From positions 7,440,001 to 7,504,000 of the forward strand of contig CM102284.1 in the NCBI GenBank assembly GCA_046563655.1: a stretch of DNA of 64,000 nucleotides, in the 5' to 3' direction. The position numbers and the translations under genes are program-made. Within the stretch, counting starts at the first letter, position 1. Each line of letters opens with the position of its first letter. The stretch is from Yuukianura sp. NJ FZ-2021 (Eukaryota). Of the stretch, positions 1 through 14,241 are shown piece after piece. A model generated the notes under the pieces. That model did no database searches, was not told where the DNA came from, and worked only from the letters and a program-made list of their open reading frames with translations.

Positions 1-1328
1 TTTCATAATTTTGGATTTGTCAAATTGAAATCACATCTTCAGCGCCGTTGCCGTTTGTTTAGAAAAGTTACCACTAGGGAACATTTAGAGCAAAAAAAGT
101 TCGGTTCGGTGAGCGTTGAAGTCTGGCAAAGATTTCAAATTGCAATTTTTTTTTTACTGTTTTTCAATGTTTTAAAAAATTTGTTGATTTTTTTAAATTC
201 TTACTCTACGTCTAAAGTTCAGTATTGACTAATTGAATTTGATTTTTTTTTGATGAGCTACTTGCACACCCTGAATCTGAATTGGCAAATTCCTTTGCCT
301 CATCATCATCTCACTGGCGTATTTAAGTTCAGGATTAGAAAATTGGGAAAAATTAGGAGAGCATGGGCAAGGTTCAGCCAAGAGTGAAATTGAAATTGAA
401 TTCTGCTCTACTTTTACAACCGCAAATCATAAAACATTCCATTCAACACAATTTAAATTAACTTCAAACCAATTTTGAAGGAAAAACGTAGAGTAATTTT
501 AGACTTAGAAATCGTATCACCTAACGATTCAAAACATTTAGCAAAAGCTTAAATGTTTTGAAAAAGAAAGTTTTCAAGATTTATCAAACTGGTTTGATTT
601 GCCTACATTTGTAAATTGCGACAATGGAAAGCACAAAAACGAAAACTGGTTTTTAACAAAATTGAGTAAAAACTGGTCCTTACCAAAAGTTGTGCTACCA
701 AAAGTGTAAAATCTGGAATCAAATTGTGTGAAATAAATGTTAAATGAAACAAGTTTCAATCTCGACTGAATGAAAAGGAAATTGACCCACCTTGTCCCAC
801 CCCCAAGGGGAAACTAAACAGAAGTTTAGCGACCCACACTTAACGTAACAATGACAAAATTAGAGAAACTGTAGAGTTAATTGTTCAAGTTAATTAACTT
901 TAACTTTGGGAAATTAATCCTAAATGACTTAATTTCCCACGCTTTCGGAAATGTCATAACTTTTTAGTTTTCTCAAACTCTCTAAAAGGTGAGAAAATAT
1001 TTATTGAAAGTCTGCTAACTAATCGGGAAAACGACATTTTTAACACTAAAATTCATACAACTTCGATTTGAGTTTAAAAAAGTTCAAAATACTAAGGCTA
1101 ACAATCTAAATAGTAGTTGAATAGATTGTTTACGGAAATGCTGTTTCAAAAACTTCTCCTGTTTAGAAAAGATTTCGGAAACTTGAATTTGAAAATTATT
1201 ATACTTAATTTTAACACTTTAGTACTCCGTAAACAGGTTTACAACAAGAAAGTTCCTTTGCGTTTTAGTTTCACATGAAGTTTCTAGCTTTCTTTTTTAG
1301 AAAACAGTTTTTCAACGCGTTAGGTGCC

Positions 1329-2417
1329 CTACGAGTACTTGTACTTGTTAGCGATTTCTGGAAAATCTGTTTTAAATGACAAAACGAAAATGTATAAACT
1401 GTAGGTAAAAATGTACAGGAGTTCCATATAGAGAAGCAGAGCAAATGGCAGGGACAGATCGGACAGCGAAACGACATTGAAAATCCACGGAAAAAGTACG
1501 AGCCGAAATATGATGCAGGTCACTGAAAACAGAAACAACCAGTTAGGTTCAAATGTTGATGAAAACTGTCAAAATTCAAAACTTCTAGTTTCAGTTTTAC
1601 CTAAGTTTGCAACTCCAAGTGAATTTTTCAACTTCCGTTCCTCTTCATATCCGTAGAAGTTTACAACAATTCTGGAGTGCAGAAACATGTTGTGGAATTC
1701 AGTCATTAGGCCTAGAAGAGTATACAGAGAAATTGAAAATTCAGTCATGATTTTGAAAATTGACCAACAGTTGTTCTAAAAGTTAGAACAGCGTTAGTTG
1801 GGTACTTGTGCTTACCTGTAATTGCTATTGAGGTAAATCGTCCTGTCAAGACGCATGGTCCAAGAATTGAGAGAACTAGGACATGATGTACAACGTACTG
1901 TGAAATGCTAGTTTCATGTCTGTGAGCAATTTCATCCCAAAGATCATAAACAAAGTAACCTAAAAAGTTTAAAACAAATAGAACGTGCAATTAAGATGAA
2001 ATCAAAAGCATCTTCAAAGGTAACAGGTTTATTGTTCAATTAATTTACCTGCGGAGAGGCAGATGACCAAATAGGCAGGTTCGTAGTACGAATCAATTTC
2101 GTAAATTAAACTCCTATTACACAGTACGCTGAAAAATAAAAATTCAAAAGTTAGAGGACAAAGTTCAAGTACTTTGCAGCATTTGATGGATTTTCTTACC
2201 ATAAAAGTGCTAGTGCACCGACTACGGCAGCATGAAGAAACGAAATGATGTAGCTGCTCCAGTACCAAGTATCGTAGTAAGTCTTGGATGCTTTTTCAGG
2301 AACGGAAGTGCCATACTTGAGGCTTTGGCTGAACGCATACAGACCGGCAGTTGTAAGCAAGCTGACCCACACTCCGTAGAAGATGCCAAATGGATTTAGC
2401 ACTGCTAGGATTGACAT
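1329..2417 (-). CDS. TLC (TRAM/LAG1/CLN8) domain membrane protein, TLCD1/2-like, ~5 coding exons
   Basis: Spliced ORF pieces give ISFLHAAVVG, GYFVYDLWD, YVVHHVLV and an IIFRL segment typical of TLC domains; GT-AG junctions link the pieces; ATG 2417, TAG 1329-1331. Confidence 0.75.
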
Positions 2418-4304
2418 CGTAGGAGATCTGTGTTGTTCCAGGACCACGACTCGAGTGATGATGCTGCCTCACCAGCACAATTTAACAGAACTCCTGTAAA
2501 TATAAAAAGCAGTCATTCCGTTAGGTTGAAATCAGTGAGGAACTAGGTACTAGATACAGATTAAAACCACGGTCACACAAGAGGCATGATACACGGAACT
2601 CAATAGATTATGAAGAGGGATCATCCTCTATAAATATCACTGCTTTTAGTAGTACATCCTGGGTACAATTATAGACTAAACGCTGAGGCCATTTCCCTGA
2701 GATCACGCCACTTCTGTCCAAGTACACTGTACAGTTTGTCCACATCTTTTTAGAACAGCATTCCTCGTTCCAAATGTGTCACCATCCGCTCAGGCATGAA
2801 AAATCTGGATAAATTGTACACAAGGACAGGAACAGATTACAAATACGATTTTTAGTGAAATCGCAAAAGCCCCATAGCCATTCATTAACTTGACATGTAA
2901 CAAAAACATTTAAATCGTGCACGAGCACACTTTACGAAATCCAAAACCAAGCAGTGTACACTGGACAGACTAGAGTCATCCTCAAGCGATAACGACTAGG
3001 GTTTACCACTTCCGTGACCTTTGCCATTCCAAAAAGATAAAAGGAACACTCAAAATGAGTCCAAGGGATATCAAGATTCAATCTTTTAAGAAATGTTTGC
3101 TACTTAATTTTTAACCCAAGGACTCATCTTTGAATATTAAAAAGTATACTTTGACCTGATCTTTTCAACGAGTTTAGAATCTGGAAACAAATGGAAGATT
3201 ATTATGTAAAACCGCAAAACCGGTAAATCAAAGTCAAGATGTTTCCTTACTTACAGTGTACGGATCGCCAAGTGCGTCGAATCAATCGAATTTAAAGTTG
3301 AATTTGGATTTCGGATGTTTACTGAATCGTAAATACTAAACTACTGAGGTGACTGATCCAATGTTGCTGGACGAGATGAGCTGAGGTCGAAGAACTCTCT
3401 CAAAGTGACAACATAACAAAAGAAGGGAGATGCCGAAAACAGCACTTTAGTGCTGTAATGTACTCATCTTGTCCCTCGCCTCTCAAATTTTCACACCCCG
3501 CCTCCCTGCTATTCAATTTCAAGGACAATTTGGCGCTAATGGAAGACGCCAACTATTTAATCTCACAACAACACATACAGATTAATCTTAACAATTACTT
3601 GAATTTTAGTTAATTTTTCTGTTAAAACCAAAATTTACAAGAGGTTAAATTACTAAATGTCATTCGTGTTGTAATGGTTTCGTTAGGAAAGTAATCCAGT
3701 AATCCGAACATTTGAAACTGCGATGTCCGATGAGTGAGGCCAACATTGACGTAGATTGTCAAAGTTTAGTAGCGCAGTTACATATGCCAAATTTTGGCAA
3801 ATGCGCCATAATCACACAATTTACATCCCCTGCAATCCCCTATGTGTGCCAAAATTTCCCTCGTGTCGAGCTATTAACTATTAGTATGTGATGACGCAAA
3901 TTATACCCACCGCGTGCTAATAGTTATAAAACATCTACTGATTCAGAAATGACTAACAAAAAGTTTAATTACATCGCAGCATAGCACTAGAAAATAGCCA
4001 TGTTCATATCATGCCAACTTTAAGTGGCAAGTGCCAATTTTCGCTTATCGAGAATTCGGGGTCAAAAATATTTCGTATATCTAAATATGCCTATGTAGGC
4101 ATAGGTTTTCGCATAGTAATCGTTTAAATTAGAATTAAACCACAAGTGGTTCCTTGTTGGTCTAATCCATAGCGAGATTACAGAATTAGGTCATGCCACA
4201 CGTTTGCAAATTGCAAACAATAGTCGTCCAGCATCTAGTTTTTTTCTGATTCTAGACTAGAATCTGCACGTATTGTTTCAATTTGATAGCAATAGCTGCA
4301 CTGA

Positions 4305-5181
4305 TTAACCCAATTGGTGTATTCGATGGCGAAAGAACGGCGAATCTCCAGTACTCCCAAACACTGAATAGAATTGTTGATTAAATCGATGCACGGAGAA
4401 CTTGCACGAAGAATAACTTGAATCGCAAATGTCATCTTTTAGTTCTTCCGTTATATTTGAACTTCGACCGAATCCATTTCTTCGCTGCCCTTGGCGAGCA
4501 GCATTTCGGTACTCGGAGATGTACGGAACAGTGTCGAAAGCATCAAAAAATCTAACAAAAATTAAAAATAGTTAGAAAAGTTCAATATTTTTAAAATAGA
4601 AACATTTTTTAAAAAGTTACAAAAGAAAGTTGGAGATGCGTTCCGTAGCTTTCCCAACGTCGCCTTCCGTCTCTTGGAGTTCACAGATTATCTTGCTCTG
4701 GCAAGTCACATCAGCTAGGTCAAGGGTCGTGTAAGTTGTGTAGGCAAAGTAGATAAGGTGCAGAACGCGTTCAAAATTCCAATCTTGTAACTGTGATGAA
4801 AAATGTTCAGAAATTCTAAAAAGTCCAAGCAAAAAAGACATCAACAACCTGTCATTTACAAAACATATTTCTAAAAAGAAACTTTCTTTTAATGCATTGA
4901 CATTTACCTTCGTTGTTGTGTTGGTTCTGTTACTACAACTGGAAAATCAAAAATCAATTAAACTTCAAAGTTCTTTTAGTCAAAGATGTCGATTAATTTG
5001 TTCAATTACCAAGGACGTAGTAAGCTGCAGTGAGAATACATGCAATGAGGAACGTAAATCCGAAGAGACCGGTTGACAGAGTCAAATTGGCATAGGTGAA
5101 CCAATTTCCAATGAAAGAAAACGTCCCGTCAGGATTTTGTGTTGTAAAGATTTTACCCGTTTCGGCTAAAACCTTGTCCAT
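4305..5181 (-). CDS. DM4/DM12-like single-TM protein, 4 exons
   Basis: MDKVLAETG, then a TM (LFGFTFLIACILTAAYYVL), then CQSKIICEL...EYRNAARQG...C...YSSC, the Cys/Tyr pattern of arthropod DM4/DM12 proteins; paralog at 10736-11779. Confidence 0.6.
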
Positions 5182-5696
5182 AATTTCTGAAATTTAACAA
5201 AAAATCACAGATGAATTACTAAAAAATCCAAAATTCTAAACAACGATTCACTTGTATGAGCACAGGAGGAAGTTGAGCTACACACTGAAACCGAATTTAG
5301 GTTTGTAGAGCTAACGGCACTTTTCTTAAGATATTCAATACTAAACTTAAAATTCAATACGACTAATTTTTAAGTACCCAATTGACAGTCAAACAAAAGT
5401 GGAAACAAAATAGCCAATCACCTAAGCATAAAAACTGCCTCCGATTGACAAATATGAGCACAATTTTAGCCAGAGTTAAAAAACGCTGCACAGAACCGAT
5501 CGTTTTTCTAAAACTCAAAATCGTTTTCAAAAAATTTCCTTACCAACGTTCAAAATGTTGATTTTGGACTTTGAGACGTCAATAACTTGCGATGTCCGCG
5601 CTCGGCATGCTTCAGTCAGTCGCTGCGCTGGTGCTGACGAAGCGACGACGCGGTCGTATACTGTAACACTGTCATAAATCGCTGAATCGCTGAAAC

Positions 5697-7960
5697 ATGG
5701 TGGACTACACCCAGAAGCGTCTCATTACTTTTAAAGAATCCGACATTCCAAAGGTCGATGTCTTCCAAGCCCATGGGACGCACTTTATCATTCCTGGAGC
5801 CAATATCGACGGAATCCCATTTCGTCAAAAAGTCAAAAAAGCCAATCTGAAAAACGATTTTAAATGGAACTCGATCAAAACGAATTTCAAACAGTTTTGG
5901 TCAAAATTTGGTACCCGCGTTTGGTTCATGTTCGTCGAAGCCCTTTGGATTCCATCTTACCGTCCAGAATGGGGCAAGTACAAAACTTGGAAGTACACTT
6001 ACGGTACTCGACAGAGAGAAAAACAGAAGAAACCATCTTTGATGGAAGAGGAGGTTGTGATGATCACAAGTGAAATGTCCAGTCGAGCTTCTACCGATAG
6101 TGAAAATCCAGACAGTGAAGCTTTCAAATTGAAACTGTCTAAAAGAAAGGAACAGCGACGTTTTACGATCGATTCAATCCTGGAGCGCAGAGTTATAAAA
6201 CAAGCGTCCAAAGACAAAGGAGTCGTTCCGCATGACTTCAAAGGATGCGAAATCGTACGGTTCAATATCGCTGGAAAGATTTACGAAACGCAACGAAGGA
6301 CGCTCAGCGAATTCCCGAATACCCTGCTCGGTAAACAAAATTTCCAAAATTAACAATTTTACTAAAAAGAAGTTAATTGAAGTTAATCAGTCTTACTAAT
6401 TAATTGATTACAGGGAATCCGGAGAGGTTGCAACGATACTGGGATCCAACTCGGCAAGAATACTTCTTCGATCGACATCGACGCTGCTTCGAATCCATTC
6501 TTTACTATTTCCAGTCCGGTGGAAACCTTGTTCGCCCTCCACAAATCAGTTTTGCTGTGTTCGAAGATGAAATTCGGTTTTACGACCTTGGATCAGACGT
6601 GATTAATCGATTCTTCATCAACGAGGGAATCATGAGCAACGATGATTTAGCAAAGCCGCTGCCTCACAATCTACTTCTGCGCAAACTCTGGTTTTTCATT
6701 GAGTATCCAGAAAGTTCGACACAAGCAAAACTGGCAGCCATCTTCTCAGTCTTTGTCGTCATCTTCTCAACGATTCTGTTCTGCGTTGACACTTTGCCTA
6801 CGTTTAGTAAAGTCAATGACATCAAAATGACGAAATCCAAGGATCCATTTTTCCTTTGTGAAAGTGTTTGTGTCATTTGGTTTACCTTTGAACTGCTCCT
6901 GCGCCTGTTGGCATGCCCGAACAAAACGGCGTTCCTTATGGGGGCAATGAACATTGTGGACGTGCTCAGCATCATTCCGTACTTTGTGACGGTTATCACA
7001 CCTCTGGTTTCCCCATCTACAGCTCCTGGACAGAATTCAAGACAACACCGTAAGTGAATTCAAAATTTTGAAAATTTTAAAAATTTTTGATTTTTTTAAA
7101 ACTCACCTCTTGTTACCAGGCGCCGCTGCGACGACGTTAGTAACGCTGAGGATGTTCAAGCTCTTCAGAGTGTTTCGGATTTTCAAGCTCTCACGGTTAG
7201 TAACTGCTTCAGGTACTTGCTAACAAGTACTTCTCCAGCACATTTGTACTTGAGCAGTTGTTTTCAACAGGCACTCCGCTGGACTCCAAATACTTGCCAA
7301 GACGCTGCGAGCTTCGCTGAAGGAACTCGGTCTGCTGCTGTTTTTCCTCTTCGTCTGCATCATAATTTTCTCTTCACTGGTGTATTTTGCCGAAGTTGCG
7401 GCCGAGTCGAGAGAATTCTCGTCAATTCCAGATACGTTTTGGTGGGGTGTTGTTACGATGACTTCCCTTGGATATGGTGACAAAGTTCCAAAAAGTATTG
7501 GAGGACGCCTGATCTGCACAGTATGTGCTGTCGCAGCAGTCTTGACACTGGCCCTTCCCATTCCAATATTTGTGTCCAACTTCAACTACTTTTACCAACG
7601 AGAGACCCAGGAAGAAACTCGACGAGAAATGCGTAAAGTGATCATCCTTCGTCCTAATACATGAAATAGAAATCGAAATATTAACGTTTTGTTGTAAATT
7701 TAGAAAGTTCCTCTCATGTGCAAGGGTGTCCATACCTTCCAGAGTGTCCAATGCTCATGTCCAATGGTGAAGGTGGGAGTAGTCCAAAGGTTAAACGGTC
7801 TCAGTTAACGGTAAACCACAAGAAGAAATCTTCACGTCTGTCTGCCCCGCTTGGAAAACAGGCAAAACACTCCAGGCGATTTTCCGGAAGTGAAAAGGTC
7901 AACGCTGAACGTCAAAAGATTGCCGATAGTGCTGCACCACCAGCTACGAAACCGCTCTAA
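5697..7960 (+). CDS. Voltage-gated K+ channel, Shaker/Kv1-like but divergent; exons 5697-6330, 6414-7049, 7120-7195, 7271-7632, 7704-7960
   Basis: T1 domain ([11 protein letters not shown]...EYFFDRHR...ILYYFQSGG), S1-S6, S4 [19 protein letters not shown], pore [16 protein letters not shown]6 [19 protein letters not shown], and a Kv1-type tail [15 protein letters not shown]. All junctions are in frame. Confidence 0.92.
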
Positions 7961-8241
7961 CTCTAACAATCAAAAGCCTTCTAGCATGTGAAGTTAGGGA
8001 AATAAAACGAAAAATCTTTACTGCAATAAACAAAAATTGAATTTCGATGAATAAAATTAAGAAATCAGCGTCAATAAAAGTAAAACCGAAATAAAATTGA
8101 AAAGAAAATTGAAAATTGAAAAGAAGCACTAAAATGAAAATGAAAATGTCAAAACTAATGAAAACTTATCCTCTCGAGAAACGTTAAGATCGGCCAACGT
8201 TGAATTGTCATTCGGAGATGGAAGCGTAAAACACTGCTTAC

Positions 8242-9890
8242 TTAGAAGAAGGATCCTCCAGGAGTACCAGCGAAGTTGAACTCCGCCATACAATCGTCGA
8301 CGCCTCCAAATGAAATGGGACTCAATGATGTTTGGGTCAATGCTTTTTCCGGGAGCACCGTGTTGTCATCAAAGAATGGCTTGTCGTTCAAGGTGACGGC
8401 AGTGACTTTGGCCTTTGGTTTTGAAAACGTGAATTTCTTTGGTGCTGGAGGAGTTGGTCGTTTGAAGCACACCTCGTCATTCTCGTCATTGTATGGAACA
8501 TCTTGTTCGACTGGAGTACTTGGTGTGGATTGAGATTGAGACGTCATTGTCCAGTCGTCAGTGACAGAAACGGACTTCTCTTTGTCACGCGGAAAGGAAG
8601 CCTGGTTGGCCAGCTCCAAACGTTCAAGACGTTCCTTCAGAGTCTTGTTTTCTTCAGCCAGTTCAGCAAATTTTGCCAAGACCTCTGTCAGAACAAATAA
8701 CCAAAGTGTGAAAACTTAAAACAAGAAATGTAATAATTTGAGTTATTTTAGTGACTTACCTTGAATTCCTCTGATTTCTGGAGAAACGACAGTTCCAGAA
8801 GACTCCAATTGGATAACATCAGTCAACGAAGGCTGAGACAGGGATCTCTTCTGACTATTAGGCAAAAAGTCTTTGTCGTTCTGGCTGACGACGTTGGAAT
8901 CGTTCTCAATCGTGACGTCAGTTTGTTCCTCTTGTTCCTGACTTGCTGGCAGCGGCAGTGGACCATACTTAGCCTTGAGTTGATCCAGTTTCTCCGTAAG
9001 CGTCTCAGCTGTTTTAGCGAGGCCGGAACAGCGTTCGCTTGCTTGGATGAAGGCATTCCCACGAGCAAATTTCATGTATGCAGCCTGGATGGAAGCGTTC
9101 ATTGTTGATAATGTTCAGTTGCAGTAAGTAGCCTTGCTGATTACTAAAAGCGCGACTGATTACCTTTTGTTTCGTTTCCAGTTCAAGAAGTCGCTGCTGT
9201 TTCACGGCAAAGAGGTCAGAGAGTTCTTGTGACTCCGTTTGTTTCTTCGGAATCTGCTGCTCGATACTTTCCGTTTCTTTTTTCATTGCTTCAATCTTGC
9301 ACACAAGACTGGAAAGAAATCACCGATTAAATAATGCAATGAGCTCGATCAACATATGTAGTAACCTACCTTTCTTTTTTCAAAACTCCCACTTGGTTAT
9401 TGCTTTCAGCCAACTTAGCCTCCATTTCCAGCTGAGCCAACGTCAACTTGAGCTTCGTTTTCTTTTCTTCTTGTACGCGAATATTCCCTTTCAGGGCTAA
9501 CGATTTATAACAAACAAAGTTAAGTCATAACGTTCGCCAATACGATCAGCTAATGCTTACCATTTATTATCTTTACCTTTCAACATATCTTCCTGTTGTT
9601 GAATCTTCAACGACATTTGAGCAACCTCTTGCTTGACATCCTTGAGCACTACGTAGACGAAGTCCTTTTTGGACATAGGCTTATCAGTGACATTGGGGTT
9701 GACAGCAGAATTTTTGTCCAGTGGAGTCTCTTTCTCCCAGACCCGTCCTGGTCGCACTTGTCCAGTATTCATATCCAGTTCCGGTCCCACAGCTGTAGTA
9801 GCTGCCAAGCATATAAACAGCAGACATTAAATTACTGGGCAATTATTGGGCAATAGTACAAAGTCTGACGGTAACTTAACTTACCTTCCA
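8242..9890 (-). CDS. Uncharacterised coiled-coil protein, ~5 exons
   Basis: Consecutive minus-strand ORFs (9557-9808, 9014-9304, 8743-9102, 8242-8679) with heptad-like E/K/Q-rich stretches and GT-AG boundaries. Start codon uncertain; no family recognised. Confidence 0.55.
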
Positions 9891-10735
9891 TTTGTATTGT
9901 TCCAATATACCAATCCCAGGCGATAGGAAGATAGGATACGACGATGACCGATCGATTGCTGACTCCTTGAATTCCTGGACAACGTTTATGATGGCTGAAG
10001 CCGATGACGGATGATATAAACAAAAAATGGCGACCCCGAATGACAATGTCTCTCCTTTGTCCTTTGTTGTCAACTCGACGTTCAAATTCCCGCTATCTCT
10101 GCAACCACAAGCTAAAAAAACTGCCGAGAGATGGCAGAGAGGTGCACGAAAAAAAACGTTGACAAAACGAAACTCCTCCTCTTTTTCACAGGTCTGAAGT
10201 GAAAGTTCGCTTTCACTTTTTCAACAAGTTTCTATAAACGTTTATTGTTAAAACTTTACACGTCAATTGCTGTCATTTTAATTAATTTAACTAATTACAG
10301 AGCCATCTTCGTAACTGTTGTATCAAATCATAAACAGTCCAGTCAGTCTTTCACTCTTTGTCTTCATAAATTACAATTTTGAAACTTATTCAGATTTTAG
10401 CAAAAATCTAAACAAAAACAAAGAAAAAGCAATTAATACTGTGTGTAGCAGTGAATGTACTTTTTTAAACTTAAGTTCCTGCTTAATTATGTTCTTAAAA
10501 AATGTAAAATTTTCTGCTTTTCTAAACAATTTTTCTAAACATAGAATAAAAAGCAAATCCCTTCACCAATTTGTTAAAAACTAAAAAATGTCCCTCATAT
10601 TTTAGCAGTAGCTTCATTTTTACAAAATACCTAAAGCGCTACTTATAAAATCCAGTATTTTTGTCTTTGTGTCGTCATTTCCATAGATTTGTCATTTTCA
10701 ATTTGCCGTTGGACTTTTCAAAATTTGGAAACAAT

Positions 10736-11779
10736 TCAAAATTTGTCAGCATCTGCCTTCTTCTTGTATTTGGCTACAATGTCCTTTAGAGAAAAGCCAC
10801 AACTTGAGTAAATTTCAGAACAGGGTTTGAAGTTGTTTTTTCCATCATTGATTGCTGATCGATACTCTCTCAAGTAGTTCTGGATGATTGTCGGCATCGG
10901 GAGACCTTCTACAGCATCCAAGAACCTGAAAAACAACAAAATACAAAATTTTGAAAAATTTCAAATTTTCAAATTGAAAAGAATGACCGAAAGTGTTCTT
11001 ACGAAAATGAATTCGAAATTTTGCGTCCAGTTTCCCCGAATTCTTCCTGCTTTGAAGACAGTTCGCAGAGAGCCTTCTTCTGACAGTCCATTGTTCGAAA
11101 ATCAAATTTTTCATAAGCCTCTTGCGCCAAACTGATCATATACAAAACCTGGTTCCAGTTGACGTTCCAGCCACTCGGCATTGAAGTGTCCAGGGATCTG
11201 GAAAACAAAATTTCAAAAAAAGAGTTAGTAAAAAGTCCAAATTTTTTGAAATTTCAATTAGTCATTTCAATCCCATCGTGACCGTGATTCAGACTCGTAG
11301 CTTGGAAATCCTCACTTTTTTTTTTTAAAATCAAATTCAAATTTTTTTTTGGAGTTTTAGTTGGATGCTGCCAGTATCTACCTTCCAATGCTTGTGGAGT
11401 AGTACTGATTAGGGTAACCAGGAACCTGGCCCTGCGCAGTGTAGTCCCTGTAAGGGATTCCAGAGTAAGGGTCCAAGGGCTCACTGCGTCCACTCTGATT
11501 GGTGCTGATGTTGCCTTGGTAATATGTACTGTAGAAGTAGTATCCAGCGAATCCTAGACCACCAGCAATCAGTACTGCTCCAGCCAACCCTACAAGTATT
11601 GGAACCGAATATGTCGCCAGCCATGTCTCCCAGCTCTGGTCAGCCACGACAACGCCCGAACTTTGACCCGAATTATCCGATTTGTCGGTGGCCACTGGAG
11701 CATCGCCACCCTCTTGCGGAGCAGCGATCGCCAGCGCCAGAAGCGACGCCAACAAAAAAATTAGCCGAAAAGTACCCAT
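10736..11779 (-). CDS. DM4/DM12-like protein with signal peptide and TM; exons 11779-11382, 11197-11003, 10925-10736
   Basis: Signal peptide MGTFRLIFLLASLLALAIAA, TM ILVGLAGAVLIAGGLGFAGYYF, then DCQKKALCEL...EYRSAINDG...CSEIYSSC. Confidence 0.7.
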
Positions 11780-12866
11780 GTCTGAGGACACTCAAATTAA
11801 GAAAGATCTGATGATTTTTTACACTTTTGATTCAACTGTTGACCCTACGGAGACTGAAGGGCCAAAATCTACGTGTAGGGATATTTATACCTTCATCTTC
11901 TGGAAGGACAAGGTGAGGTAACAAGGGGGCCCTTAAATATCATACCTTGCATCTTCCACCTTTCAGATGCAAGAGCCCTTGAGTTACAGTCGAGGTCACT
12001 TGAACAACCTTCCCTACAATCATTACAGGATATTTCCACATTTTGAAAAATTTCAAAATCTGACCCTGAAAGGGATCTGAAAAGGCATTGACTCCCTTCA
12101 GGGTCACGTTTTCGTGCCCCTAACGAAACAAATCTCATTTTAACACACTGAGAAAAACATTCAACTTTCTTCAACTTCTGCTTTTAAAAAAGTGAAAATA
12201 AAAGTATTTGAAAGGAGCTTCAAAATTCAACTTTTGAATTTCGGAAATTTGTTAAAAGCTAAAATATTTGAAATATCTATTTCATTTAAAAAATTAGTTC
12301 CTTATGTTCAAAAATTTCGAATTTGTTTTAAAATTAGTTTAAATTGAAAGCAGAGATGAGGTGTTTTTGAAGAAGGGAGGCTTTTGAGTTCAAGGATACC
12401 TTGAAGGACAAAATGGAAAAAAAACTATAGTCCCGTTAGCATTCCTTCGAGATCTGATCCTGAGATGAAGCCCTTATGCAGGAATCCTTGTTCCCTTAAG
12501 GGCTCTCAACACGGTCAAGGCTGTCTGGTTTTGGCCTTCCCTTGGCCAAGGAACAACCGGACATGAAAAGTAATTGACAAACGTTGTTCCTGGAAGGGCC
12601 CCTTTTCTTTACACTTTTTTATGCCTAAGGTTAAAGGGACTTTGAACAGAGGAGATCAAAATCTATTTTTAAAACGAAAGGAAAATCCGTTTGAACAAAG
12701 TGGAAAACCTGTTTTAACTTTTTTTAACAAAAAATGACCTAAAAATTACCCGTTTTCTTTTTGTTTAAATAAAAAATTGTAAAAAATTCATGTTTTGAAT
12801 AAATAAGTCTTACACTAAACATAATTAAATTAGTTTACAATTAATTTAAAACTGTAGTTAAGTTAG

Positions 12867-14241
12867 TTACCTTGTGTGAATGATGTGAGAATGTGGTTGA
12901 CTTTGACCAGAACTGCCATCACTTGTATCCTGTTTTCCATGCGCATCTTCAACACTAATGCCCGGTCCGGGTGGAATTGGTCCGCCGTACTTATGAATCC
13001 GTCCATGAGGACCCCATAGGTTATAGTAAGTCGTAAAAGCAACAATCCAGAAGATCCAAGTTACTAAAAATTCAAAATTTGCATTTTCAAAATGTAAGGT
13101 CAAAGGTCAATTGAATGCGAGACTCAACTAGAATAGGATTTTACCTATCATTGCAACGTAGACAAGAGTTTTGTCCAGTGGCATGAGGGAAGTACCGTGA
13201 GGATGATCATGTCTTGGAAAAAGAAAAGAAAATCTCAAAAATTTTTGAAATTTTGAAATTCTATTTTTTTGAAAAACGGTTTTACTTGCTAGCTGTATGA
13301 TGGTGGTGATAGGCTTGTTGTTGAAGGTGAAGCGGATTATGTGGTGGCTGGTTCAGGCTGTTCTGAACCACAGGATGATACGGGTCAATGAACCCATCAT
13401 GTTGTTGGGGTAATGGTAAATAATGTTGGTGGTGACCTTGACCTTGGAAATGTTGCTGATGTTGAAAATTTTGTTGCGGTTCGCCTTGTCTGCGCATGAA
13501 CCCTCTGCCTACTTCGGCATTAAGTTCGCCAGGAGCAAGAAATGGCGCTTTGACTTCAATTGGTTGACCTTTAACCGCAACAGGTTGACCCATAACTGTG
13601 ACATTCTTGACATCGACTTTCCTTCTGTGCCGCTCAATTTGAACATACTGTTTGACTGTAGGTGCTGGTGGGGCCAAGGTTGACACTGGAGCATGTGTAG
13701 TCCAAGTCACTGGCGCTACTGGCGAGGTCGAGGTTAAAATCGCTGATTTTTCTGAAGTTGAAATCGCTGGAGCGATTGGAATTCCAAGGTCATCGTTCCC
13801 CACTCTCTTGATTCTCCCTACGACTGGCGTAGAAATCACAGTTTTCTTCGGGTGATTCTCTATTTTGGGTTGTGATTCTTGTGGAACTGAAAAATCGACC
13901 AATGACGGAGCAGGATTCACGGTGACAGGCGCATGCGTAGTAGATTCTTTGACGACGGCCTTCCAGTCCTCAGTTCCATTGTCATCACTTCTAGATCTCC
14001 AGCGATTTCCCAAACTGTTCAAAGAAACTCTCCAGCCAGAAGAACTGGACAGCGATCTTCCTGACCCTGCAGAAGACAGAGGTGCCAGTATTCCAGCGCC
14101 AGTCCGCGGAACGCTGTTTCGACGAAGAACTCGGATTCGACGTTCCGGAACTTCTCCGGTTCCGAAAGTAAACGGAACAAGAAAAATTACCATCAAAAAC
14201 GTTTTTGAGACGGAGAACTTAAAAATTTCACTGTACTTCAT
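12867..14241 (-). CDS. Orphan protein with signal peptide, Ser/Thr/Pro/His/Gln-rich ectodomain and C-terminal TM, 3 exons
   Basis: 319-aa ORF with a hydrophobic N-terminus, spliced to HDHPHGTSLMPLDKTLVYVAMI and VTWIFWIVAFTTYY. Confidence 0.6.

Noticed and set aside
5999-7751. Antisense ORFs over the Kv gene (and similar ones over other genes)
   Set aside because: Shadow frames of real coding exons with no independent support.
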